Notes under the pieces: model-generated
The model's database searches: none
What the model was told of the DNA's origin: nothing
The model's input: only the letters and a program-made list of their open reading frames with translations
Shown here: one piece after another, positions 10,040 through 19,866 of the stretch
How the letters are laid out: every line of letters starts with the position of its first letter
How positions within the stretch are numbered: the stretch's first letter is position 1
Assembly: GCA_001792115.1 (NCBI GenBank)
Contig: MGFX01000001.1
Coordinates: 240,606 to 304,605, forward strand
Length of the DNA stretch: 64,000 nt
Source: Candidatus Woesebacteria bacterium RBG_16_42_24
GTDB taxonomy: Bacteria; Patescibacteriota; Microgenomatia; UBA8517
Direction: 5' to 3'
Program-made: the position numbers and the translations under genes

Positions 10040-11224
10040 ATGGAAGTACAGGCCGACGATATAGGAAGAATACTCAGTCCCGAGGAGGCGGAATCTTATG
10101 AATCGTATCGAGATTCGGGTGCTGACGTTTGGCGGCACCAAGGGCAACTGACATTAAAAGGTGATTTTGTTTTATATTTTCCACCCAAAGACGGTCAGTT
10201 AACCTCCGAACGAGAAATTATTACACCACGAGCATATAGACTGGGTTTGGCTGTAGAATCCCCACAGACAATGGATGAGAAGGGTAGAATCGAGGGCTTA
10301 AAAATACCTTCCCCCTTAATATGGGAAGTGTTAGAAGTGTCCGATGAGAATAAAGCTGTTGATTTTCCTTCGACAACGGCCGTTAGTCTTCTTCCTTATC
10401 GAGGGGACCCCTTTGCAAACCTTGCGGATTCTAGGGTAGTGCTTTTTACGGAAAAGTCTAGAGTGGAGGGAAACATGATTGGTCGGATTCAATCCTTAGC
10501 AATTGAATATATCAATAGACAGGTTCAAGAAGGACAAATGCCGCAGGATTTACTTGATACGGCAATCGGACTATTGAAGTATACAAAAAAAGCACCCGAG
10601 GACCCGTTATTGTATAAACTGAAACAGAAAAGTGAAGCAAGTGGGCGGAGCCCTGAAGAGCCTCTTGTAACAATAAAGGGTAGTATCGGGCGGCCAATTG
10701 GGGGCGAGATTTTAGAGGAATATGGTGCAAGAGTTTATATCGACGGCAACCGTCTTGTATACCAAAGCGAGAGACTTAAAAGGAATAATCAAAAAAGGTG
10801 CATCACAATTGCAGTTGGGGATAATCAGGAAGGAGATGAGGGAAAATTGCTTCTTACCAAGGCGGCTTGGCATATTATTGGGATTATTCCCGAGAGAGTG
10901 CCGGGGCAGTTGATGGATGAGCATTTGTTCTATAGACCAAGTGGTGAAAGGGAGCTTACTTTCAGCGAGGCCATTCAAGACAAAAGAGGAATCTGGGTAG
11001 TAGAAGCAAGGCCTTTTAAAACGGATACCAGAACACTCGTGGCGATGCAGGCCAAAATCCTTGATTATGTCAGAGTAAAGGTAGAAAATGGTCAGATGGA
11101 TCCAGAGGTCCCTCAAATAATTCAGGGTGTATTCAAATATAAACACGCCACCTTGAAACCTGTTGGCCACAAAGATCTGCTTCCTGTTTATCGTGCAAAA
11201 GCCGCAAAGTTCTCGAGAACTTAA
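10040..11224 (+). CDS. Hypothetical protein with an apparent internal two-fold repeat
   Basis: Long ORF with TATGAT at 10021; halves end in IEYINRQVQEGQMP...GLLKY and LDYVRVKVENGQMD...GVFKY. Confidence 0.6.
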   Translation: MEVQADDIGRILSPEEAESYESYRDSGADVWRHQGQLTLKGDFVLYFPPKDGQLTSEREIITPRAYRLGLAVESPQTMDEKGRIEGLKIPSPLIWEVLEVSDENKAVDFPSTTAVSLLPYRGDPFANLADSRVVLFTEKSRVEGNMIGRIQSLAIEYINRQVQEGQMPQDLLDTAIGLLKYTKKAPEDPLLYKLKQKSEASGRSPEEPLVTIKGSIGRPIGGEILEEYGARVYIDGNRLVYQSERLKRNNQKRCITIAVGDNQEGDEGKLLLTKAAWHIIGIIPERVPGQLMDEHLFYRPSGERELTFSEAIQDKRGIWVVEARPFKTDTRTLVAMQAKILDYVRVKVENGQMDPEVPQIIQGVFKYKHATLKPVGHKDLLPVYRAKAAKFSRT

Positions 11225-11286
11225 TGTTAATCTCGTAAAGAGGAACCCAAGTAGGCATATTAAGGTATGTTGGGTATAATGTAGTC

Positions 11287-13386
11287 ATGGCAAAGAAGCA
11301 CCACAGGGTTCCCAAAAGAAAATTTAACCTAAGACTTAAAAGGGCGACAATCTTTTCCATTTCCCAAATTGTTTTTTTTGCTCTAGCTGCATTAATTATT
11401 ATTTCCTTTACTAGGCGAGGACTAATTCTGGTTAAACTAAACGACCTACTCGTTGATTCATTTTCTTGGGCAACAATATTTTTGCCATTTGTTTTTCTTT
11501 CCCTTGCCTTCCTTCTTTCTAAAATTAGGATACCCTTGAGCCAGCCGAATGTTCTTGTCGGATCCTTACTTTTTTTTATTTCAATAGCGACCCTAGGCAG
11601 AGCAGGGAGTCTCGGAAGACTTGCTTGGGAGGGTGTAGCTTCTTTAATAACTAAGATAGGGGCATTCATTGTTCTTTTAGGAATGAGCCTTACCGGCCTA
11701 ATCATTCTTTTTAATACCTCACTCGACGCTGTATTCGCCCTTATAGTAAATATTTTCTCGGCTTTAAGACGTTTTATTTATGGCGAAAAAGGATTCGATA
11801 GGGGTCTTGCGAGACGAAGTTTAAAAGTTACTGGGGGAGCACCTTCCCTATCGGCTGGAGGAGTGGTGAGGCCCACGACTTTATCTCCTGAGGGGCAGTT
11901 ACAGGAGAAGTTGGTGAGTAATGTGCGGGGAGAGGAAATGGTTTGGAAATATCCGCCAATTAACCTTCTATCTGACTTAGAAACCGGCAAGGCTGATAGG
12001 GGTGACATCAAAGGCAATGCGGCAACAATCGAGGAAACCTTGGAATCTTTCGGAATAAGAGCGAAGGTCGTAGAGGTTAACCTCGGACCAGCAGTAACCC
12101 AATATGCTCTCGAGGTAGCGCTTGGAACAAAGCTTTCAAAAATTACAGCCCTTGAGAGAGATTTGGCCCTAGCGCTTGCCGCGCCCACCGGAACCATAAG
12201 AATTGAGGCTCCGATACCAGGACGAAGCTTAGTGGGGATTGAACTACCAAATAGAAGCCCTGAATTTGTGCCCTTAAAGAAAATGATGGAGGCAGAAGTT
12301 ATGCGCGGAAATTCTTCTAAGCTTGCAGTTGCCTTGGGGCTTGATGTTTCTGGAAAGGCCATAGTTACAGAAATCGGCCGCATGCCCCACGTTCTTATTG
12401 CGGGCCAGACAGGGAGCGGGAAGAGTGTTTGTATCAACGCGTTTTTGGGTACAATCCTTTTTCGGTCTGCACCTTCGGAAGTGAAGCTTATTTTGGTTGA
12501 CCCAAAGAGGGTCGAACTAACACACTATAACGAAATTCCCCATCTTTTAACACCCGTGATAGTTGAGCCTGAAAAAGTAATCTCGGCCCTCAAATGGATA
12601 CTTTCTGAGATGGACAGGCGCTATAAACTTTTCGCCCAAGCTGGTGCCAGAAATATCGATGGTTATAACGAAATGTCCGGCTTCCAGGCTCTTCCTTATA
12701 TAGTCCTTGTTATTGATGAACTCGCCGACGTTATGCTTTTTTCTCCGGTTGAAGTCGAGGATGCAGTAACAAGAATTGCCCAAATGAGTCGGGCGACAGG
12801 AATACACATGATTTTGGCGACCCAAAGACCTTCGGTGGACGTTATCACCGGACTTATTAAAGCCAATATTCCGTGTCGAATTGCTTTTGCGGTTGCGTCT
12901 CAAGTCGACTCTCGGGTGATTCTTGATACTCAAGGAGCAGAAAAACTATTAGGACGGGGAGACATGCTTTATCTTCCGCCGGAGCAGGCCAAGCCAATTA
13001 GGATTCAGGGTGCCTTCGTCTCTGATAAGGAAATAGCGGCACTCGTTTCATACCTTAAAACTCAAGGAGTGGTACCTCAATATACAGATGAGGTTATTGC
13101 CATGGCGAAAAGCGGTAGATCCACTGTCCCCGGGTTGACAGGCGAGCCTGATGAGTTTTTTATGGATGCGGTTCGTCAAGTAGTGAGTTATGAGAGGGCC
13201 TCTGCTTCACTTCTTCAGCGACGCTTGTCGATTGGCTACGCCAGGGCCGCAAGGATAATAGATGAATTAGAAGGAGCCGGCGTGGTTGGTCCGGCAGAAG
13301 GTTCCAAGCCACGAGAGGTTTTAATCAAAGATGCAGAAGAATTTTTGGCAAAACTTCGAGATGCTGAAGCGTCTGCCCCGTCGTAA
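11287..13386 (+). CDS. ftsK: FtsK/SpoIIIE DNA translocase
   Basis: N-terminal TM segments, PHVLIAGQTGSGKS, DPKRVEL, ATQRPSVDV, gamma domain SASLLQRRLSIGYARAARIID. Confidence 0.97.
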   Translation: MAKKHHRVPKRKFNLRLKRATIFSISQIVFFALAALIIISFTRRGLILVKLNDLLVDSFSWATIFLPFVFLSLAFLLSKIRIPLSQPNVLVGSLLFFISIATLGRAGSLGRLAWEGVASLITKIGAFIVLLGMSLTGLIILFNTSLDAVFALIVNIFSALRRFIYGEKGFDRGLARRSLKVTGGAPSLSAGGVVRPTTLSPEGQLQEKLVSNVRGEEMVWKYPPINLLSDLETGKADRGDIKGNAATIEETLESFGIRAKVVEVNLGPAVTQYALEVALGTKLSKITALERDLALALAAPTGTIRIEAPIPGRSLVGIELPNRSPEFVPLKKMMEAEVMRGNSSKLAVALGLDVSGKAIVTEIGRMPHVLIAGQTGSGKSVCINAFLGTILFRSAPSEVKLILVDPKRVELTHYNEIPHLLTPVIVEPEKVISALKWILSEMDRRYKLFAQAGARNIDGYNEMSGFQALPYIVLVIDELADVMLFSPVEVEDAVTRIAQMSRATGIHMILATQRPSVDVITGLIKANIPCRIAFAVASQVDSRVILDTQGAEKLLGRGDMLYLPPEQAKPIRIQGAFVSDKEIAALVSYLKTQGVVPQYTDEVIAMAKSGRSTVPGLTGEPDEFFMDAVRQVVSYERASASLLQRRLSIGYARAARIIDELEGAGVVGPAEGSKPREVLIKDAEEFLAKLRDAEASAPS

Positions 13387-13394
13387 ATAAATTG

Positions 13395-14018
13395 ATGAGA
13401 ACTATTGGTCAAGCTCTCAAGGAAGCTCGCGTCCGAAAAAGATATTCTTTGGCGTTCCTTGCCGAGTTAACGAAAATAAAAAAAGATTTTATTGAGAATT
13501 TAGAAAAGGAAGACTGGGAAGTGCTTCCCGAATCTCCTGTTCTAACGGGTTTCGTAAAAAATATCGCCAAGTTTTTAAATATAGATGAAAGGGGAACAGT
13601 GGCACTTCTTAGACGTGACTATCCCCCCAAAAAGCTGTCAATAAATCCTAAACCGGATATCGCGGATAAGTTTGTTTGGTCGCCGAGATTAACATTTTTA
13701 GTTGGGGCAGTCACTATTATCACAATTGTATTGGGATATTTGGGTTTCCAGTACACCCGCTTTGTTTCTCCGCCGCCGTTAATAGTTAACCGCCCGAAAG
13801 AGGACGAAGTGGTCAGAGAGAGGGCGCTTAGGGTTTGGGGAAAAACTTCTTCCGACTCGACGGTCAAGGTCAATAACCAGCCGGTACTGGTAAGTGACGA
13901 GGGAGAATTTGTAGCAGAAATTGAAATATTTGAAGGAACGAGCGAGATAGTCGTGCAGGCAACTTCCCGGGCTGGAAAAGAGACGGTCGTGCGGCGCAAA
14001 ATAAAACCCGAATTATAG
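13395..14018 (+). CDS. RodZ-like protein (N-terminal HTH, TM, Ig-like C-domain)
   Basis: TIGQALKEAR...LTKIKKDFIENLE...GFVKNIAKFL; one TM; directly downstream of ftsK. Confidence 0.7.
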   Translation: MRTIGQALKEARVRKRYSLAFLAELTKIKKDFIENLEKEDWEVLPESPVLTGFVKNIAKFLNIDERGTVALLRRDYPPKKLSINPKPDIADKFVWSPRLTFLVGAVTIITIVLGYLGFQYTRFVSPPPLIVNRPKEDEVVRERALRVWGKTSSDSTVKVNNQPVLVSDEGEFVAEIEIFEGTSEIVVQATSRAGKETVVRRKIKPEL

Positions 14019-14102
14019 GAAGGTAGGACAAGTAAGATAGGTAGTAAAAGTAGAAAGGGACAAATCTACCACTTGCCATACTTGTACTACTTGTTCTACT
14101 TT
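14018..14102. repeat. Degenerate 9-mer tandem repeats in inverted arrangement
   Basis: ggtaggaca/agtaagata/ggtagtaaa/agtagaaag, then the mirror tctaccact/tgccatact/tgtactact/tgttctact. Confidence 0.55.
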
Positions 14103-14108
14103 TAGGAA

Positions 14109-14369
14109 ATGGATAATATTCAAACGCTTTTAGTTGTTGTAGTAATATCTTTAACCCTTCTATTGGTTATTGTGGGAATTCAGGTTTTCTTGGTGATAGT
14201 AGATCTTCGAAAGTCTATTAAGCGTCTAAACAGTATTTTGGAGGATGCGATTTTGGGTGGAGGGTTAATAAGACCCGATAAATTAACTAGCGTTTTAGAG
14301 CTTCTTAAGAAGAATAAAAACCTCCAAACCCACGGTTTGGGCGAAGAGCACCCTAGGACTTCAGGTTAA
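14109..14369 (+). CDS. Small single-TM hypothetical protein
   Basis: Hydrophobic N-terminus followed by a coiled segment. Confidence 0.6.
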   Translation: MDNIQTLLVVVVISLTLLLVIVGIQVFLVIVDLRKSIKRLNSILEDAILGGGLIRPDKLTSVLELLKKNKNLQTHGLGEEHPRTSG

Positions 14370-14424
14370 ATTCGAATTAAGGCCAATTTTGTTGTAACCT
14401 GATATAAAGGTATAATGCGTAGCC

Positions 14425-16227
14425 ATGACGTCGGATGAAATTAGAGAAAAATATCTTAAATTTTTTGAGGGAAAAGGACACGCAAGAATTACTCCGGCTC
14501 CATTGGTTTTAGAGAGCGACCCCACTACCCTATTTACCTCCGCTGGAATGCAGCCTCTTGTGCCCTATCTCAAAGGTGAACCTCATCCTAAAGGAAGAAG
14601 ACTTGTAGATAGTCAGCCAAGCTTTCGTACAGTAGATATCGACGAGGTTGGCGACAACCGGCATCTAACCTATTTCGAAATGCTCGGGAATTGGGGCTTG
14701 GGTGACTATTTCAAGAAAGAGCAACTTGAGTGGTGTTTAGAATTTTTTACTAAAGAGTTAGGGTTTTCAAAAGATAAGCTTTGGGTTTCGGTTTTTGAAG
14801 GCCTGCCTGCGCAGGCAGGAACAAAGGAAGTTCCCAAGGACACAGAATCAGCCGAAAGGTGGAAACAGTTGGGAATTCCGTTAGAAAGAATTCATTTTTA
14901 CGGGGTAGATAAAAACTGGTGGAGCCGAAGCGGCCCCCCCGATAAAATGCCGCCGGGTGAAATTGGAGGGCCGGATTCCGAAATCTTTTTTGATTTTGGG
15001 ACACCCCACGACCCTAAATATGGTGAGAAGTGTCACCCGAATTGTGAGTGCGGAAGGTTTATAGAAATAGGAAACTCTGTTTTTATTCAGTATGAGAAAA
15101 AAGAAGACGGAAACTTGGTCGAATTACCGCAAAAAAATGTAGATTATGGGGGAGGCTTGGAAAGAATTACTGCGGCCGTTTCTGGAACCCCTGATATTTT
15201 TCTGTCGGATTTATTTGAATCGACGATTCGAAAGGTCGAAGAAGAAAGCAAGGGATCGTATGGCAATAATTCCGAAAAAGACCGAAGTTTCCGGATTATT
15301 GCCGATCATCTAAGGGCGTCGTCGGCGGTGATGTCGGAAGGGATAGAGCCTTCCAATAAGCTCCAGGGGTATGTTGTCAGAAGGCTTATAAGAAGGGCGG
15401 TTTTCCACCTTTCTCTTCTTGGGGTTAAAGATTTATCGGCATCTATTTCGAGAATTTCCAAAGCCCTTTGGCCCAAAATTTCGGGGGCGATGGTCCAGGA
15501 GTCGGAACGCTTTGAAAAAGCTTTATCCAAGGGAACCGCCATTCTGACAAGGAGGCTAGAGACCTCCGGTGTAATTGACGGAAAATTTGCCTTCGACCTT
15601 TATCAGTCCGGAGGTTTTCCTTTGGAACTTAGTCTGGAAATACTAAAAGAAAAAGGCAAAGAGTTTAGCGAAAAGGAAATAAGGACTTTCGAGAAGGAGT
15701 TTGAAAGCCACAGGCAAAAATCAAGAACAGCCTCGGTAGGGATGTTTAAGGGGGGGCTTGCGGACTCTTCCAAAGAAGTTACCAAACTTCATACTGTGAC
15801 ACATTTACTTCACGCGGCCTTAAGAAAAGTTTTGGGTGAGCACGTAAGCCAAAAAGGTTCGAATATTACAGCCGAGAGGCTACGCTTTGATTTTTCCCAC
15901 TCCCAGAAATTAACCGAAGAAGAAACTAAGAAGGTTGAGGATTTGGTGAATGAGCAGATAAAGAAGGATCTGAAAGTAGAATTTGAGGAAAAAACTCTGG
16001 ACGAAGCCGTAAAGGAGGGCGCGCTACACTTTTTTGGAGAAAGATATGGGGATAGAGTGAAGGTTTATACAATCAAAGATCCTTCGGCAGGCCCAGGACC
16101 TCCTTTCAGTCGGGAAGTCTGTGGAGGTCCCCACGTTAGTCACACGGGTGAACTTGGCCGTGTTAGAATATTAAAGCAAGAAAAGTTAGGCTCGGGGGTA
16201 GTGCGTATATACGCATCGACATCTTAA
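14425..16227 (+). CDS. alaS: Alanine--tRNA ligase (no C-Ala domain)
   Basis: DPTTLFTSAGMQP, FEMLGN, GPDSEI, IADHLRA, HTVTHLLHAALR, EVCGGPHV. Confidence 0.97.
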   Translation: MTSDEIREKYLKFFEGKGHARITPAPLVLESDPTTLFTSAGMQPLVPYLKGEPHPKGRRLVDSQPSFRTVDIDEVGDNRHLTYFEMLGNWGLGDYFKKEQLEWCLEFFTKELGFSKDKLWVSVFEGLPAQAGTKEVPKDTESAERWKQLGIPLERIHFYGVDKNWWSRSGPPDKMPPGEIGGPDSEIFFDFGTPHDPKYGEKCHPNCECGRFIEIGNSVFIQYEKKEDGNLVELPQKNVDYGGGLERITAAVSGTPDIFLSDLFESTIRKVEEESKGSYGNNSEKDRSFRIIADHLRASSAVMSEGIEPSNKLQGYVVRRLIRRAVFHLSLLGVKDLSASISRISKALWPKISGAMVQESERFEKALSKGTAILTRRLETSGVIDGKFAFDLYQSGGFPLELSLEILKEKGKEFSEKEIRTFEKEFESHRQKSRTASVGMFKGGLADSSKEVTKLHTVTHLLHAALRKVLGEHVSQKGSNITAERLRFDFSHSQKLTEEETKKVEDLVNEQIKKDLKVEFEEKTLDEAVKEGALHFFGERYGDRVKVYTIKDPSAGPGPPFSREVCGGPHVSHTGELGRVRILKQEKLGSGVVRIYASTS

Positions 16228-16272
16228 TAATTAGATTAGTGTAAAATTTCTATTCTAATGTTAAATAGTCAC

Positions 16273-16363
16273 AATTTCCAATTTCCAGATTCCAGATTCC
16301 AATTAGTTATCGAATCCCAAAATTTGAAATTATTTGGAGATTGGAGATTGGAGATTGGAGATT
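16273..16363. repeat. Heptamer tandem repeats in inverted orientation
   Basis: (ttccaga/ttccaat)n at 16273-16304, then (ttggaga)x4 at 16334-16363. Confidence 0.8.
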
Positions 16364-16371
16364 AATTCGAG

Positions 16372-18600
16372 ATGGACCTCAAAAGTTTTCTGCCGCACAC
16401 AGACAAAGAAAAAGAAAAGGAATACTTCTGGTCTTTAATTATTGAGCCCGGGTGGGTACAGGCAGGCGTTTGGGATATAGAGGGGGAGAAGGCCGAAGTA
16501 ATATCCATAAGCCCTACGACTGCATGGGAAACTGAAGGAGAACTGCTTGGTGCTGCTGACGCGGCTCTTTCTGCGGCTGTTCAGAATCTCCCAGATACTA
16601 TGGTAGAGCCAACAAAGACTGTTTTCGGAGTTAACCCTTCGTGGGTGGGAGAAGGGCAAATAAAACCGGAGTATTTAGAAAGAATTAGAAAAATTTGCTC
16701 CGACCTATCGCTTTCCCCAGTAGGATTTGTGGTTTTACCGGAGGCAATTTCCCATCTAACTAAGGTCCAGGAGGGAGCGCCTCTTAATGCCTGTGTATTG
16801 GGTATTGGCAAAGATACTCTTGAAATAGCTCTTTTCAGGCTGGGAAACTTGGTCGGCGCGTCACAGATAGCAAGAAGTGTTTCTATGGTCGACGACGTTG
16901 CCGAGGGATTGGCCAGATTTTCCGGGAGTGAGGCTTTTCCCTCAAGAATCATTCTTTATAACGGGAAAGAAGGGGAACTGGAAGAGGTAAAACAAACGCT
17001 TCTAAATGTTTCCTGGGAAAGTTTTGAAAAAATTAAATTTTTGCACTCTCCTAAAGTCGAGATAATACCTCCCGAGAAGAAAATACTAGCGGTTTGCCTG
17101 GCGGGAGCTTCCGAAATTGCAAACGTGACGGGGGTTTCCGCTGCCAAGGTTATTGGAGGAGTGGTGAGGGAAGAGGTGCCTGGGCAAGCGAATATCTCTC
17201 TGCCGGAGGAAGATGTAAATCCGGAGGAGTTGGGATTTGTCTTGGGTAAAGACGTAACTTCTATCCCAAAGGTTGGTCGAGTTTCGCAGACGGCAGAACT
17301 GCTCCCCAGCCTTAGAGAAGCGTCTACCCCAAAAGCATTACCGCAAAAACTAGAGGTAGAAACACCGGCGGTCGATAGATTTGGATTTGTCAGAAACTTC
17401 AGATTTCCACAGTTTGCCTTCTTGAAAAACTTTAAGGCCTCGCTACCCAAACCAGGATTATCTTTCCCCGGCAAAAAAGTTCTTACTTTCGGAGTTATTT
17501 CACTGGCCATAATTTTTATTTTGGGATTTGTTGCTTGGTGGTTTTTACCAAAAGCCCTGGTTACAATTTATGTTTCCCCCCAAAAACTTGAGGAAAGAAC
17601 CGAAGCTACGGTCGACCCGGAAGCAGACGCTCTTAATTTTTCGGAGAAGATAATTCCCGGCAAGGTTCTTACAACGAACGTTTCGGGGGAAAGGACCAAG
17701 GCAACTACTGGAACAAAAACAGTAGGAGACAAAGCAAAAGGAAACGTAATAATCCAAAATGGTACGGCGTCAGCCATAAATCTTGCAGCTGGCACAATTT
17801 TGGTTTCCAACTCTGGGTTTAAGTATGTACTAGACGCTTCCGTCTCAATCCCCGCTGCAATTTCTCCTTCAAACCCCGGGACTACTACGGTTGACGTTGT
17901 CGCAGATAGTATTGGAGCAGAATATAACTTGGCCAAAGACGAAGTTTTTGACGTGGGAAATTATCCCAGAAGTGAGGTAGATGCAATTGCAACCTCCGAT
18001 TTTACTGGAGGGTCCAGCCGTCAAATTCCGGCTGTTTCAGACGAGGATCAGAGCATGCTGGAAGAAGAACTTCTCGACGAACTTATGGCTAAAGCAAAGG
18101 ATGACTTGTCCCAAAAAGTTGGCGAAAACGAAACGTTTATTACTGAATCCGCAGTAAGTACTCTTACCGAGAAAACTTTCGGCAATAAAGTAGGAGATGA
18201 GGTGGAAATTTTGAAACTTGACCTCGCAATAGACGTTAAAGGACTTTCTGTATCTCAAGGGCAACTAACAGATTTGGCCATGGAGACTCTCAAAGGAAAA
18301 GTTCCCGACGGATACATTTTAAGAGAGGGGCAGATTGCAAGCGAATTTGAGTTTCTAGAAGAAAGCGGGGGCGGGGCGAAAGTTATGGTTCTTTTTAGGG
18401 CCAACCTTCTCCCAGAAGTTAACCCCGATGAAATTGCAAAAGAAATTGCCGGAAAGTACCCGTCCCTCGCCGAGGATTACCTAACCAATATAAGGGGTTT
18501 TTCCCGAGCAGAAATAAAAATAAACCCGAGCTTGCCAGGGAAACTCAAATCCCTGCCACGCATAAGTCGAAATATAGAAATAGAAATTGCCGCCGAGTGA
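16372..18600 (+). CDS. Membrane protein: N-terminal possibly actin/FtsA-like domain, TM, and baseplate-J-like C-terminal region
   Basis: TM near aa 370-395; TGTKTVGDKAKG.V...N, A...GAEYN, FTGG motifs resemble the baseplate-J-like proteins common in CPR. Confidence 0.55.
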   Translation: MDLKSFLPHTDKEKEKEYFWSLIIEPGWVQAGVWDIEGEKAEVISISPTTAWETEGELLGAADAALSAAVQNLPDTMVEPTKTVFGVNPSWVGEGQIKPEYLERIRKICSDLSLSPVGFVVLPEAISHLTKVQEGAPLNACVLGIGKDTLEIALFRLGNLVGASQIARSVSMVDDVAEGLARFSGSEAFPSRIILYNGKEGELEEVKQTLLNVSWESFEKIKFLHSPKVEIIPPEKKILAVCLAGASEIANVTGVSAAKVIGGVVREEVPGQANISLPEEDVNPEELGFVLGKDVTSIPKVGRVSQTAELLPSLREASTPKALPQKLEVETPAVDRFGFVRNFRFPQFAFLKNFKASLPKPGLSFPGKKVLTFGVISLAIIFILGFVAWWFLPKALVTIYVSPQKLEERTEATVDPEADALNFSEKIIPGKVLTTNVSGERTKATTGTKTVGDKAKGNVIIQNGTASAINLAAGTILVSNSGFKYVLDASVSIPAAISPSNPGTTTVDVVADSIGAEYNLAKDEVFDVGNYPRSEVDAIATSDFTGGSSRQIPAVSDEDQSMLEEELLDELMAKAKDDLSQKVGENETFITESAVSTLTEKTFGNKVGDEVEILKLDLAIDVKGLSVSQGQLTDLAMETLKGKVPDGYILREGQIASEFEFLEESGGGAKVMVLFRANLLPEVNPDEIAKEIAGKYPSLAEDYLTNIRGFSRAEIKINPSLPGKLKSLPRISRNIEIEIAAE

Positions 18601-18610
18601 GCTTACTCCT

Positions 18611-19279
18611 ATGGGCAAAAGCACAGCTCTTAAAATTCTGGCCACCCTCTCCGGATTTTTGGGGATGGCGATTCTTTCTTACACTTTATACCCCCTGGCG
18701 GACTATGAGTTAACGGCGAGACAGAGTTATCCAACACTGCTTTCTCCTCTTCCAGATAGCGAAAGATTCCCAGACCTCTCTTCCGAATACGACCTAACGC
18801 AAGCTAGCAATTGGTTTCCGGGGGGCGCGAAAAAAGAGGACTTTGTGGCGTCACAGGTTTCCTATTACACAATTTCTATTCCGCGCCTCAAAATTGAAAA
18901 TGCAACAGTAGCCATTGGCGGTGAGGATTTGTCCAAGAGCCTAGTTCAATATCCCGGTACCGCTCTACCGGGAAAAAATGGGAATACGGTTATTTTTGGT
19001 CACTCAATCCTCCCCATTTTTTACGACCCGAAGGATTACTTGGCTATTTTCTCTACACTTCCCACACTCAAAAAAGGTGATAAGATTGAGGTTAATTACG
19101 ACGGAGTAACATATAAATATCAAGTGACCGACTTATTTGAAGTGCTACCTGACGAACTCGATGTTCTCACACAAGATTCTTCAAATTCATATATTTCTCT
19201 TATTACATGTGTCCCACCCGGACATCCTCTTAAGCCAAGAAGGTTGGTGGTGAGAGCCAAAATAGTACCCTTTAACTAA
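18611..19279 (+). CDS. Sortase family protein
   Basis: N-terminal TM, YPGTALPG..GNTVIFGHS, LITC, RLVVRA (His/Cys/Arg triad). Confidence 0.9.
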   Translation: MGKSTALKILATLSGFLGMAILSYTLYPLADYELTARQSYPTLLSPLPDSERFPDLSSEYDLTQASNWFPGGAKKEDFVASQVSYYTISIPRLKIENATVAIGGEDLSKSLVQYPGTALPGKNGNTVIFGHSILPIFYDPKDYLAIFSTLPTLKKGDKIEVNYDGVTYKYQVTDLFEVLPDELDVLTQDSSNSYISLITCVPPGHPLKPRRLVVRAKIVPFN

Positions 19280-19280
19280 A

Positions 19281-19667
19281 ATGACAATATTAGGAATTGA
19301 TTGGGGAGAAGCAAAAATTGGACTCGCGATCGCCACGGCGGCAGTTGCAGAGCCGTATGCGGTAATAAGATTTAGGACGATAGAGGAAGTGTTTGAGAAT
19401 GTAGCAAAGGTAGTACAGGTAGAGCAGGTAGAAAAAGTAGTGGTTGGAGTTTCGGAAGGAAGGTCGGGGGAAGAAGCTAAAGATTTCAGTCTAGGTTTAA
19501 GAAAAAAATTGACGATTCCGGTTGAAACTTTTGACGAAACACTATCTACTCAAGAAGCCCAAAAATTAGCGATCGAGGCGGGGATTAAAAGGAAAAAGCG
19601 TAAGGACCTCGATGATACTTTTGCAGCTGCACTTGTGTTACAATCCTATTTAGATAGCCATGCTTAA
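19281..19667 (+). CDS. ruvX: YqgF/RuvX pre-16S rRNA nuclease
   Basis: ILGIDWGEAKIGLA, DETLST, D..AAALVLQSYLD. Confidence 0.92.
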   Translation: MTILGIDWGEAKIGLAIATAAVAEPYAVIRFRTIEEVFENVAKVVQVEQVEKVVVGVSEGRSGEEAKDFSLGLRKKLTIPVETFDETLSTQEAQKLAIEAGIKRKKRKDLDDTFAAALVLQSYLDSHA

Positions 19668-19860
19668 AAACGTTATTGCACCGATTCAGGCCTGGCTTCT
19701 TTCGCAAGCAAGGTGCGTCGGCTGCGGGAGACCACTCTCTGAAGGGAAGAGAGAAAGAAGGAGAGACGATACAGAGAAAGTTACTTGTGTTTGCGGCCGA
19801 ATATTCATCTACGACCCCAAAACTAAAAAACATAGACGGGCGCTTCTTGAAGAGGTTTAA
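19660..19860 (+). CDS. Small zinc-ribbon protein
   Basis: CVGC...CVCG; tightly coupled to yqgF and mltG. Confidence 0.65.
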   Translation: MLKNVIAPIQAWLLSQARCVGCGRPLSEGKRERRRDDTEKVTCVCGRIFIYDPKTKKHRRALLEEV

Positions 19861-19866
19861 GCTTAA

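Noticed and set aside
16372-18600. Prophage or contractile injection system
   Set aside because: Only one baseplate-J-like domain in a membrane protein among housekeeping genes; no other phage genes.
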